Positions 43,201 to 56,600 of a stretch of 64,000 bases of DNA are shown here, in pieces (positions within the stretch are counted from its first letter, which is position 1; every line of letters starts with the position of its first letter). Under the pieces are notes generated by a model. That model had not been told where the DNA came from. It did not search any database and saw only the letters and a program-made list of their open reading frames with translations. The position numbers were made by a program, and so were the translations under genes. Origin of the DNA: Cycas panzhihuaensis (taxonomy: Eukaryota; Plantae; Cycadophyta); contig CM041465.1 of the NCBI GenBank assembly GCA_023213395.1, forward strand, positions 136,717,741 to 136,781,740. The letters run 5' to 3'.

Positions 43201-46200
43201 TGGGACTGTGGTGCACCTAGGCTTATTTAGTCCTAGTTGATATAAGATGGTAGCCTATGTATAGGAAGTTCATCTAGGACCCATTTAACTAAACTAATAA
43301 AAAAAATGATCACAATTATATCTTGAAGAGATTACAAAATCATGCTTGGGTTAGTCTCAATTTCATTATCCTTAAGTGTTCAAGTTCCTATGGATATTAC
43401 CATGGAGGTGGAAGGTAAATCTTTAGGTCAATATCCCTAAAGTCTTACTAAATAACACAATCTAACATGTAGGAGTAAGGCACAAATCTAATAAAAAGAG
43501 AAAATACTTCTAGCACATCCCTAGTATAATCACCATAGATGTGAGCTCACATATGGCAGGGCTACCAAATTAGAGTTAGCCTCTTAAGATGAGTGGTGTA
43601 GGGATTAAGTGTGTTGTATGCCAATACCTGAGGTGACTATGCCACCACTTGATTTTGTGAGCTAAAATCTCCTACTCATCCATGACCCAACAAATGGGTT
43701 GGAAGGGTGAGGTAATAATTTATAGAAATGAGAGTAGGTATAGGTTTAGGATAACATTTCTAATCTAGAAAAATGAATTATGCATGACATAGAAAGAAAT
43801 AAGTAATAAGGACACATGGTTTTTCTATGTTTCAATCTTACTACCCTAGACTTGATAAGAAGGAACTAGCTAGAAATGAATGTGAAGGTTAGACCATGCA
43901 ATTCACTTAGCCTAGTGGTAAGTCATTAGGGACTAATTTTAAAAGAGTTTACACCCTATTAAACTCTTATATCCAACCACCTTCATACAAGCTTCAAGGA
44001 AGAAAGTAAAAACCATTGCATTTAGGGGTGTTAGGTGGTTACCTATTTTTCGAATCACATGTAATTAATGAAGAATAACCCACACCTCCTAAGGACATGG
44101 CTTTTAGTAGAAAGAAGAGAGGCTAGCCTATGCTAAGGGGCTAAGATCAACCTACATTATCAGTGATTTCATGTCCCAACATGTAATTAATCCTTCCTAA
44201 GTATAGGTGTGAATAAGCAAAAAGAAACACACCAAATTTTAAGCAATGCAAGAAAAAATAGATGATCAACAAACAAACAATTCAAACTACACAAGTAAAT
44301 AAATCCGTAAATTCCTATATTAGTAGAGATTGTTGAGATTCTATGCTCTTACCATGGATTTTTCTATTTCTAATAGATCCAACATTCTTTAACTTTAGGG
44401 TTTAAAGCTAGTCTTTCTTTTTCTTTGAGTTCTTATTTTCCTTACCTAACTACTCATTTCCTTTTGCCAACGAAGGTTAGTAGGCCACAAGCAAGAAATG
44501 CACCATTAAATAAGGAAGGGTTAGGAAGACTTTCTTATTAGAAATAAAACAAAGCTAAATGAAGAGTAATGTAACTTAAAATATTAAAGCAAGATGCTAA
44601 AAAGACTACAACTAAGATGAGAAAAAGACATCCATGAGTAGGCTAGTTAATCTTCGAAGTAAATAATAATAATGTGAAGAAAAAAGAAAGCCAAAACATC
44701 ATGAAGAGAAACAATAAACTTACAAGTTTAAGTATGCCTTAGTACCATGCTTAGAGATTAAACCAATTCCTTAAGACATATGCTCGCAAAAGCACTAAAC
44801 AAGTTAAAGGATAGCTCACCTAAAGGACAACCAAAGGAGTAGAAGGATTGGCCCCAGATACAGACACTAAGAGACATAAAGTGATGCTCTTCAAAAAGCC
44901 AACCTAAGAAGCATACAATTAGAAAAATTATCCCACTCCAAAAAGCCTAGCATGAGGTAGTGATATTTTTATTTGTTTCACTTTAGTCATTCAAAATCCT
45001 CCTCATATCTAATCTATTTAAAATCGTGCTAGCCATTGAGGTCTTTAAATTTGTCACTCATTTGCTAAGTAAAATTTATCCATGTGACTATATTATCAAG
45101 CCTCCCATATGAATGTGGTGTTAGGTACCCTTCTCTAAGGAGCCCCCTTGGATCATAGTTATTGGATTCTTAAAGATTAAGAGCCTCGTTTGGGATCAAA
45201 GTGACAAACCGGTACTCTTTATCATTGTTATTTTCTTTCTTTAACATATAAATATGAATCTAAGAGATTTCTTTAAGCGTATTTTTGGTTATTTAAGGTC
45301 TTTTACCTCTTTGAATACTTCAAATTGCACTTAGTTTGCATGTGAATTTACAAAAGATCAATCTTTCATTTATTCAAGAAATATTTGCTAGAAATTCATA
45401 TATCTTAAGCTTATTGATTCACTAGTTAAAGGAACATTTTATTTGCCTTAAAGCCATTATATCTTGAAAGCTTGATAAATGCATAATAGTACATAATTAC
45501 AAGTTATTTTTTGCTCTTCTAAGTTTTTAAAGCTCATTTCATTGAAGCATCTCATTAAATCTTTATATACATACATCATAGTTCTTCCTTTTAAAGCATC
45601 ATATATTCATCATTACTTGAAAAGATTATAGTTTGAATATTGGTCTTCATTTCAAAAGTGTTATTTACCTTGCATTCTTTAAGGAATCTTTTTAGCTATC
45701 CTTGATTAAGAGGCCTTTGAACATTGAAAGATTCATTTCTTTGGTTCCTTATTGATCATTTGAATCTTTTAGAAAGAGTGCATATAGTTTCCTTCAAAAG
45801 AAAGTTGTTTACTTTATTTTGCAAAAGAGTATTTATCTTCTTTTAATTTGAAAGATAATTAATTGCATATATATATTCAAAGCACTTTACTCTTTCTTAA
45901 AGATTATTTGAATCCTCATGAAAGTTATCTTATAAATAGTATTCTTGAATCTAACTTAAAGGATACATTTTCCTTTATTATCAAGTTATTTTTCATTGAT
46001 TTATGAAGACATTCATTTGAAAGATATTATATATATTTCAAATTATATTTAGCTCATTTTAGGCCTTTACCTTGAAGGTTTATATAAATTATTTTGAAGG
46101 AATCATTGATTATATATTTCAAAAGGAACACTTATCTTGTATTATTTTATTTTACCTCATTGTCTACCTACCTTGATTAAGGAATTTATGTTGGAATTTA

Positions 46201-46303
46201 TTGAAAGAGCATTTATTGCCTACTTTAAGTTATTCACTCATTAGAAGTATTCATTTATTCACTAAGACAATACACTGAGTTTATACACTAAAAGTTTTTT
46301 ATA

Positions 46304-47056
46304 ATGGCAAAGAACTTTGATAACACAAGGTTTCTCATATTTGATAGGAGTAATTTTCATATTTGGAGATACATATTGAAAATATATTTTATGGTAAATG
46401 ACTTTTAAAAATTTGTGGATCATAGTTACCTAGAAGATAAACAAAATTTTAAAGAAAATTTAAAAATGGATAATGAAGTCTTAGCATTAATATTTTGTAT
46501 AATAAATGATGATGTACTCACTCATATTTATGATATGACTACATCCAAATCTGTTTGGGATACCATAGATTCAATTTATGGGGGAGAAACTTTAGAATTA
46601 AATAAATTTAACTATATTGATGATGTGTTTCTTATGAGACAGATGATAGAGCAAGTATTTTTTGATGACAAGACTAATGTTGCATATAATGTTAAAAATC
46701 CCAATAAGATTTTTTATTACAATGTTGTATTCATTGAGGCTACATGTTTAGTTGACTTGATTGATTCTTATTAAGAAAATAAAGTCAAAGATGAAGACAT
46801 TCTTATTCATTTGAAGCAACCTGTATTTAAACCACATTTTGTTGAAGACTATATGGAAAAGATAATGATACGAGTTGATGACCACATTAAGGATGAAGAT
46901 AAAGTTACAAGATATGAGTTCAATCACCTTTTCAAACTATTTCTCAAGCATTTGTACCACAAGTTCAAAGAAAAATTGAAGATGTACATCACGAATATTA
47001 AGGGGGAGTATGTTGGGGTTAATGTTCACCTAACTCCCACAATTAGAAACATGTGA
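46304..47056 (+). pseudogene. Copia gag N-terminal domain fused to an RNase-H-C-terminus-like tail, copy 1 (2 in-frame stops)
   Basis: MAKNFDNTRFLIFDRSNFHIWRYILKIYF...DNEVLALI...TTSKSVWDTIDSIYG...HFVEDYMEK...HKFKEKLKM...IKGE. Confidence 0.8.
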
Positions 47057-47353
47057 AGTACACACATCTTTATGGTAAGTTAAGGTAATATTATTTTATT
47101 ATGCATTGTTATTATTTTATATTATTTTAAATTTAAACATTGATTAGGGTTCCCTCCTTCCTCCCAAGTATATATTTTATAGGGTGCAAAACCCTTATGT
47201 TCATAAACACCACCTTCAACAAAGGATTTTTTGATGTACTCTTCTATAATATATTGAATACAATGATATATTATGATTATGCTCTCAATATGGATTGAAC
47301 ACTAGTTTGATTTATATGTTCACTTGCTCCACTTTGTTCTCCATATTCCAATA
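47011..47353 (+). repeat. Central LTR of the dimer, flanked by both a PPT and a PBS
   Basis: AAGGGGGAGTA|TGTTGGGG...CCAATA|TT|TAGTATCAGAGC. Confidence 0.88.
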
Positions 47354-48716
47354 TTTAGTATCAGAGCTATTTTCAATCCATATAAGAGTTAGGGATCTAT
47401 TTTTTGGCTAATTTTTTTTCAAGGGTTTTTGGTATATGGAAGTTTTACTCGTTGAGAGAAAAATCAAAATATTTTTTAAGAATCAATAGATAATTTGAGA
47501 TAAAAAGGTTTGCACCATAAAATTTAAGTGGTCATAATGTTGGTTTTAGCAAAAAGTTGTAGAAATTAAAGTAGATTTAATTTCCACATATTTTTCTATC
47601 ATCATATTTTTGGGACAGTTCTGCAATCTCAACTTTAAAGAGCCATAACTTTGGCTATAATAGCCTATTTTCAGACGGTTGGATTCATCAGAAAGATTTT
47701 TTTATTCTCTACATATTAGAATAGGTTTTATTGAGATTTGATGCTATTTTGTAGGTTTTGAAACTAATAAATTTAATGGTTCTATTTAGTCCTAAGTTGA
47801 CCTAATTTTTAAATATTTCAAGCAAATTTTTATTCTAATTTAGCATATTTGCTTACTATTGAGCTACTAATCAAGTGTTAATAGATTTGTTCTAATTTTA
47901 GAGGCTCATAACTTAATTTTGTAGCCATTTAGCTCTTATTTAGCCTTTTGAAGAGAATGAGACTCTTTAAGAATAAAAACAACAAATTGGTACATTCAAA
48001 TCACTTCTAACTCTATTATAAAGTTATTATTTCATATTCTAGCTTATAAAGTTGATTTTAAAACTATTTAAGATATTTGTTTTGCTTATTCAAAGTTACT
48101 CTTATGCCTCTTTAAAGTTTTTCAAGGTGCATTTAGATCATTCAAGAAAGAGCACTACATTCCTCCTTAAACTTATTTGAATTCTTGTAGAAGCTCGTTA
48201 TGTAAAGAGCATTTTTTTTCTTTATTAAATTATATTTTCATTGATTAAAAATATATTTATTTAAAATTTTATATATTTCAAGCATATTCAAGTTGATTTA
48301 AGGACATTGCATTTGAGAACTCAAAGGTGCATTATACTGCATAACTATAAGCTCATTGTTAGGTGTTTGTTTCTTTAAGATAGATTATATGTATATATAT
48401 ATATATATATGACCTTTTCAAATGATCATTGATTGAACTTTAGTTCCATTCTAAAAGAACAATTTTCTTGCTTAAAATGAGATTCATTGCATGTTGCAGA
48501 TTCATTTGTTATTCTTAATTTAAAAGGATGTATTCTTTATTGCAATGTTATTATCCTTCATCGATTAAAGAGGAATCTATGTTGAAATCGTGATTAAAAG
48601 TTCTTGTAAAAATAGACTTATTACATATTTCAAGTCATTTATTCATTTGAGGGTAGAAAACTTCTCATTTATTCATTAAGACCATCCTTTTGGATTATGT
48701 ATTAAAGTCTCTTATA

Positions 48717-49395
48717 ATGGCCACCTATCTGAATGATATGATGATTCCCATGTTTAATGGCATTAGTTTTTTATCTTGGAAGAATTTGATGAAAATACTC
48801 CTTATCTCCAAAAATTTATAGAATTTTATAAAAGATGGTTATAAACCAAGTGTTAAAGAACACATGAAAATGGATAATGAGGCCTTAGCCCTATTATTTT
48901 ATGCAATAGATGATAATATATTTTCTAACGTAAGTAAGTTAACTACTTCCAAATCTATATGGGATACTCTAGAATCGATTTATGGGAGAGATACTTTGAA
49001 ATTAAATATTACTACCTACATTAATGATGCTTTTCCTATGAGACAGATATTAAAACAGGTGAATTTTGATGAAAAGACTAATGTTGTATGTACTAGTGTA
49101 GATTTTAATGAAATTGATGACTCCAATGTTGCATTTGATGAGACTATATATACCTTAAGATTAATTAAAATAAAAGATAACGATCTTGACAAAGCCACTC
49201 ATATTCATTCAAATCAAGCCACACCTACTTGGAAACCATTTGAGACACATATTATTGAAAAGATGATAATGCAAGTTGATCACTTCAAGGATGATGATAA
49301 AGCTAAAGGACATGTGTTCAAAGTTTTCCTTAAGTACACTATCACAAGTTTACAGAGAAGTTGAAGATGCATGTGATGCCTTATAAGGGGGAGAA
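48717..49395 (+). pseudogene. Copia gag N-terminal domain with the same tail, copy 2
   Basis: MATYLNDMMIPMFNGISFLSWKNLMKILL...DNEALALL...TTSKSIWDTLESIYG; ends at PPT AAGGGGGAGAA. Confidence 0.8.
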
Positions 49396-49710
49396 TGTTG
49401 GGTTAATACTCGTCACCTAACCTTGCATTGGGACCATGTAAGTTGTCCCCAACCGTCATGTGAGATTATTTTATTATGATTTATTAATATTTTATTATAT
49501 TTTAAATTTCAGATTGAAGAGGACTCCCGCGCTCCTCTTGTATATTTATTTTTGGGGCCAAAACCCCCAGTGTTCTTTAACACCACATTCTCAAAGAAAC
49601 TTGATGTACTCTTCTATAAGATGGATTAAATACAATGATATTTCAAATGTGTATTTTTAATATGGCTTGACTAACACTTACTGCTTCACTCTCATCTCTA
49701 ATATCCAACA
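49396..49710 (+). repeat. 3' LTR of the dimer (315 bp)
   Basis: TGTTGGGTT...ATCCAACA; shares blocks with the central LTR (ttgatgtactcttctataa, aatacaatgatat, aacaccac). Confidence 0.88.
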
Positions 49711-50598
49711 TGTGGTCCCACTAAATATTGCCATTTGCATTCTCTAATAGAAAGAAACTAATGAGTAATATGTAATCAAGTCATCATCTTGCTTTACCAT
49801 TTTATTCTTAGCTAGTTTTTAGGACATGAGAAAATTTCATTACATAAAATTGGATATGATTTAGTTCGTTAAATAGTGGCTTACAACAATGCATTTAATT
49901 GGTTACTTCACCATATTTTATATACTTGCTTATCTTATGTATATCATATATAAATAATTAACACTTGACATATAAACTAGCTTTGTCAAAACATTTCTTA
50001 ACAAGTGAATTATGGGGTAGTTTAGTGTGAAATATTGCAAGTTGCTAATCTAAAACTCATGGATTATAAACTCATTATTTCCTTTTTTCTTTACATACTT
50101 TGCTTTCTTTTATTTTATTCTCAATTTATTCTCTTTCATTAGTAAGTTCAAAATTCAAATTCCCATTATTTGAAAGTACCTTTTTATTTGACAAGAATCA
50201 ATTTAGCTTTATGGCATGGAGAAGGATTTAGTCAAAGGTAGTGTAAGTTTTAATTTATTCTTCTTTTTTTTATATAAAAAAAAGGAATCAAAAGTTGCTT
50301 TAACTCATGCTTAAGAATTACATAAGTACATTTTGATGGTCTAAAAAGATATTATTTTACATGCAAATGAAGAACACCTTATTATTCATTTGACTTACTT
50401 TTCTAAATTGTGTTACTTCATTGTGGAATATTTTTCATTCTTTATATTTTATCTTAATTTATATAAAAAAGGAAATGAATTTTATTAAACTTTTTTCATG
50501 TAGGAAAATAGGGAAATGTTTATGTCTCATGATTAGTTTAACCTCATTTTATTGTATTTTATTTAATACTTAAAAATATATATACTTATATATATATA

Positions 50599-50778
<180 letters not shown>

Positions 50779-51329
50779 TATATTGATGAAAGAGGATATA
50801 TTTATTCCATTATTTTTCCCATTTTCATGTTAAAAAAGAGGGTAAACAAATTTATTTTACATGTTATTCACATTTGAGAGTGTATATTAATTTTATTTCC
50901 TTTTTTAAACAAAAAATAAAGTTTTTTTTTTTGTATATAAATAAGGGTTATCATTCACATTATAATTTTAAAATTTTATTTTCCTTTTATAATGTATATG
51001 TGGGTGTGTATGTGTGTGTTTGTGTTTTTATTTTAAAAGAGAGGAAGTTAGTGTGTATTCATCATATGCATTTCCTACTTTGGAAGATTGAATAAAATTT
51101 TTAAAAAGTAAATTTATAACTACATCATATTGATCTAAGGTTTAGCCATTTATATCATGCTTTAAATTTTGTTTATTTTGTTTCATTTACGTAGGGTTCC
51201 TGTGTCAAACATAAAGAGTGCATCCCATGTCTTGAGTTTGATTTGAGCCTTTTGTCTAAAGTTATGGGTTTTTTTATTGACAGTGGTCTTATTTGTTGAT
51301 TCTTTAATCTCTAGCCTTCACCAAAAGGC

Positions 51330-51840
51330 TTGCATGTATGGATCTGATCTAATTTGGTTCTATTAATTTCTTAAGAACTTGATATTTATAGTGTGTATCA
51401 AGGTTTCCTTATAGTCATCTTTAAGATTGTTAATGATAAAGTTATAATTTTTTTCAAGGGTCCCTAGTTTATATCCTAGAGTGGGTTGTTCATGAAATAT
51501 TGGGATATGTCATTTGACCTATGATAAGAAATTCTTAGTTCTATTTCAATGTGGGTAAAGCTCCCATTTTTCCCATTATATTATTTGAGTGATAAAGATT
51601 TTAAAGTTATGGGGTTACACTTAGGATAATTTCTTTAAATTATAGAAACAACTGCTTCCTAAATAGTTATTTCTTTTGCTTAGATTTGTATTAAACTAGA
51701 TGTCATGGAGGATTTACTGGATTAGTTGGAGATCATTAAGGGGAGTGATCCTAGTTACAAAATGTCGATTATGAATAAGTTCTATTTAAGTGTGGATTCT
51801 TCCATCAATATGTACACTTTGTTTGCAAATGTCCTTAGAA
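51330..51840 (+). pseudogene. Old L1 ORF1 relic (DUF4283-like domain plus zinc knuckle)
   Basis: GFLIVIF...KGP*FIS*SGLFMKYWDMSFD...MWVKLPFFPL...QNVDYE*VLFKCGFFHQYVHFVCKCP; boundaries approximate. Confidence 0.7.
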
Positions 51841-52339
51841 GAAAGCTGTCATTAGTCTGGTCCTGAACCACATTGATGATTAAGGCTTTATCTGTGTTTA
51901 AAAAGAAGGTCAATCTTAAGCTAGATTTATAAATGGTCATGGGTCAAATTAGATCATAGCGTTAGATAACAAGTTCCAAGGTTTAGATTATGACGATGAA
52001 GAAGAGATTAGCCTTCCAATATGGGGTGTGAAGCTAATCCTCCCACTACATAATCTAAGGTTACATTTGTGAACCATGTCAAGTAGCTTGTAATAGAAGG
52101 GAATTAATGAGGTATTATTGAGTGTGGTCTTATTAGTCATTATGTGAATGTTGGCACCTCTTCATCTTTATCAAGAGAGGCTCCTTATCAGGTAATTTCT
52201 ATTAGAGGTTGAATAGACAATGGTACCCAAGATTTAAAGAATGAAGACTTGATGCCACTTTAGGTATGGAGACTCAAAATCTTGAGACCCATACTAAAAA
52301 TAACATTGGTGGAGAGTTACTAATAAAAATTCTTTATTG

Positions 52340-53137
52340 AGTATAAATGCCCAAAAGAACTTGCAAACACTTAATTACATTTTGTAATGTAATTCTTAAG
52401 GATGGAATTTCAACTTTGATGGGAAATATCACTTCTACTTCATAAGTAAGGTGATATGGAGAATATCTAGTTGCTATTTTAGTCATAATTTTATAAGCCC
52501 ACAATGAAAAATAGATTTGAAGATATCAATATCTCTTATAAGTATTTATAATCTTTTGAAGGATTTTTGCATGAATATTATTGAAAGCCTTAGCTTAGTC
52601 ATTGGTTTTCAAGTAATATAGATATGAATTACCATGTTTAATGCTAAGTTTTAAGACAGAACTCTTAAATCACTTCCTTAATAAAGTCACTGCTACAATC
52701 AGAAACAAAACTTTTTGCAATGCCAAATTAACAAAATATTTAATCAAAAAGGAATAAGGTAGTTAGAAATTTATCTACTCTAGTCACTAACAAGACTTCA
52801 ATATATTTTATAAAATAATAAGTGGTAGTGATAATAAATTTATAATCATTGAATGAAGATGGATTAATAGGTCTTATGAAATAGAGGCTCCATTTTAAGA
52901 ATGAACCATAGGTTATAATATGATAAAGTTAAGTGGGCGGTTTTAAAATTTGATACGTGAAAACCTAGTAATTTAAACATTGTCAAGCGAACTCGTGCGT
53001 ATAAGAAAATGGAGTTGCCTAATAATAACTAACTCTCATAATTTTTTTGGCAATCAAATACTTTAAAAAGTAACCACCATAAATGCCAGAATGACATTAT
53101 TAAATGATATAATTAGATTTTAACTAAAAAACATACC

Positions 53138-53139
<2 letters not shown>
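52340..53139 (-). pseudogene. Element G part 2: Tat-like gypsy integrase
   Basis: CHSGIYGGYF, IAKKIMRVSYY, FIRPINPSS, YKFIITTTYYFIKYIE, LWAYK...SPYHLTYEVEVIFPIKVEIPSLR. Confidence 0.82.
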
Positions 53140-53636
<497 letters not shown>

Positions 53637-53649
53637 CCCTCCTTTAATG

Positions 53650-56600
53650 ACAACTTCATTACATCTAATATTGAGGTCATGTAAAAGCCATTCAAACTTT
53701 GGTTTACTAAGTGCTTTAGTGAAGATATCTACAACTTCGTCCTCAATTAGTTGGTAAATGAGATCTACTTCTCTATTTTGAACATGCTCATGGATAAAGT
53801 TATGGTGGACCTTTATGTGCTTGGTTCTACATGGAAAACAAAATTCTTTGTCATCTTCAACATACTTTGGTTGTCACAATAAAGAATAGTGGGAGCAGTA
53901 TATTAAAGTCTAAGCTTGGCAACAATCTTTCTCAACCAAATCAACTTTGTAGTGGCATGGACAACTACTTTTTATTCAGTTTCAGTGGGGGAAAGGGTAA
54001 TATTTGGCTACTTCTTATAGCTTTAAGAGATTATAGCTGAGTTTATGTCAAAACAGTATCTTAAAGTTGAGTGGCATATATCTTGGTAACTTGCTTGGTC
54101 AACATCCATCTATCCTTTCAAGAGAGGAGATTCAGATTGGTTATAGTCAAGTCTAAATTGATATGTGCTATAAATGTATTTGAGAATCCTTGTTATAGCT
54201 TTTTAGTGGGATGTTTTGGGCTTTAACATATACCTGGAATATATCCTGACTACATAAGAGATATCTAGGTGATTGTGGGTGAGGTAGCTGAGACTCCCAA
54301 CTAACAGCTAGTATAAGGTGGGATCAAATGGTTTACCTTACTCATCCAAGTTTAGTTTAGTTCATATTTTCATAGGAATTGGTACTGGCTTGCAATTTAT
54401 CATCCTAAATCATTGCAAGAGTTCATTGGCATATTTTTATTGAGATAAGAAGATGTGTCTTGGTTGCTACCAAACTTCAATTCCAAGGAAATAAGGGAGC
54501 AATCCAAGATCTGTCATCTCAAAGTTACTTTTTAGTTCAGATTATAGCCAAGTATCCCTTTAATGTCATTACCTATAATTGCTAAATCATCCATATATAG
54601 TACAATGATAGTGATCAAGTTTTCTCTAACTCGAATATAGAAGTCTAAGTCAGAGGATGAACGATGGAATCCATGTTGAGTGAGGAAAGCATCAATCTTT
54701 GTATACTAGGAATGTGGTGCTTACTTTAGTCCATACAAAGTTATTTTAAACTTACAAGCTAAGTGGTCTTTACCTGGAACAATATAGTTGTGAGGTTGCT
54801 TTAAGAAAACCTCTATTTAGTAGATTGGCTAGTTGAATTAGGCTGCTAATAACATTACCAAATAGAATGTGGTCATGTTAGTTACAAGTGCAAAGGTTAT
54901 ATCGTTATTTATCCCTTCCTATTGTTTGAAACCTTTTACAACAAGACGAGCATCATGATACTCGATGGTATCGTTTACGTAGAAATTAGTTTTATATAGC
55001 CATTTATAATCAATTACCTTTTTCTTAGGTGACAGTTTTGTCAGCTTCCACATTTCATTTTTTAAGATGGATTTTATCTCATCATCCATTACTATTTTCC
55101 ACATTTCATCTTTAACTACCTCCTCAAACGTAGAAGGCTCAGGGGTTTTTAAGACACATGCCATTAAGGCAAAGTTAGTGGAGTGTCTCATCTTTGATGT
55201 TTTTTTGGTAGTTATGGGAGGAGGATGAGCATCCTTTAATAATTGTTGAACCCACTTGAGAGGTGGTTGAATACTAGTAGCTTCCACCTAAAGGTCATTA
55301 ATTGAAATATGTGGCATAGAGTTGCTTACATCTGATGAAATTATCAAAGTTATCGTGGCTAAAGATGAACCTAGTGTGTAGAAGGATGTAGGTACTAGTG
55401 GCTCTAGAATTAGTGTAAGAGCCATTTTAAACACACAAACATCATCTTCTACTACATACTAAAGTTTTGAGGGGTTAAGGTCATGAGTATCTTTAATAAA
55501 AATGACATCCTGAGTGGTGTAGGCTTAGTTTCCAACCATATCAAATACTTTGTAGGCTTTGTGACTAAGTATATAGCGAAGGAATATGTACTTAAGGTTG
55601 TTGTCATCTGGCTTCTTTCTATTCTCCTTTGGAACAAGTTTATATATTGTGCATCTAAATGTTTTCAAATGTGCAATCATTGATTTAAGTCCTATCCAAG
55701 CCTCCTTAGGAGTGATGTTCCTAATGTTGAGAATACAAGGTCCCAAACTTTAAACCGCCACAAGATCTGAACTATTTTGCAACTAGTTACAGGAATTAAA
55801 ACTAAGATTTAACATGCATGTTCTAAAATCAGAGATAATATAATAACATTAATATACAAGCTAAACATCACATATGCACTCGATATAATGTGGTAAAACC
55901 CTAGCAGTGTGCTAGGGAAACATCCACACAGAAAATGTATCGATCTTTATTGCTGTAGAATGGAGAAATAGTACATCTCAGTAGTAGAGTGATCTTAGAA
56001 ACAACAACCATCCACCGCCCTCATCACAGTACATTACATTACATTTAACGTAATAAGAAAAGCCCTAAAATGGGCAACATGAGAGGGACATCCAAGACAT
56101 GAATCTCAACTATAAAATCTAAGGTATTTGTATCGAACGACCTTGATTCTCTTTACATTTTAATATGGTTTACAGGGCTAATTTTTTGGGTCAGGGGCTA
56201 TCGCCCCTGAACCCCCTCTTAGCGGGGGGCGTTCCACGCATCCCCCGGCCAAGGGGGGCTCCCGCCTCCCTTGGAACCCCCCGAGAAAGATTAGGGGGGG
56301 AAATCGCGCCGAAAACATGACAAAATTTTAGCCTTAAACGATTGTTGTCACAATATCTAACACATAATAGCAACAATGTGACTCTTATTAGTGAGATAGG
56401 TAGTTGTTATAATGGCATTAACCTAAAATCTTATAGGAAAGTTGGTACCACTTAACATAACTTTAGCTTTATTCACAAATATTTGGTTCATTCTCTTAGC
56501 TACATCGTTTTGTTGAGGTGTATAAGGTGTTCAGAACTGGCATTTAATGTTATATTGTTTATAGAAATTAGTGAATTGATTTGAGATATACTCCACTCTA

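Larger units (their letters stand above)
45119..49710 (+). mobile_element. Tandem dimer of non-autonomous gag-only Copia derivatives (TR-GAG-like), candidate TSD TGTGG
   Basis: Order is internal-1, PPT, LTR (47011-47353), PBS (47356-47367), internal-2, PPT, LTR (49396-49710). TGTGG at 45114-45118 is followed by TGTTAGGT, and TGTGG recurs at 49711-49715. Confidence 0.7.

Noticed and set aside
50190-50250. Possible host micro-exon (AG...GTAAGT) in AT-rich DNA
   Set aside because: No recognisable protein similarity or neighbouring exons; such signals are common by chance.
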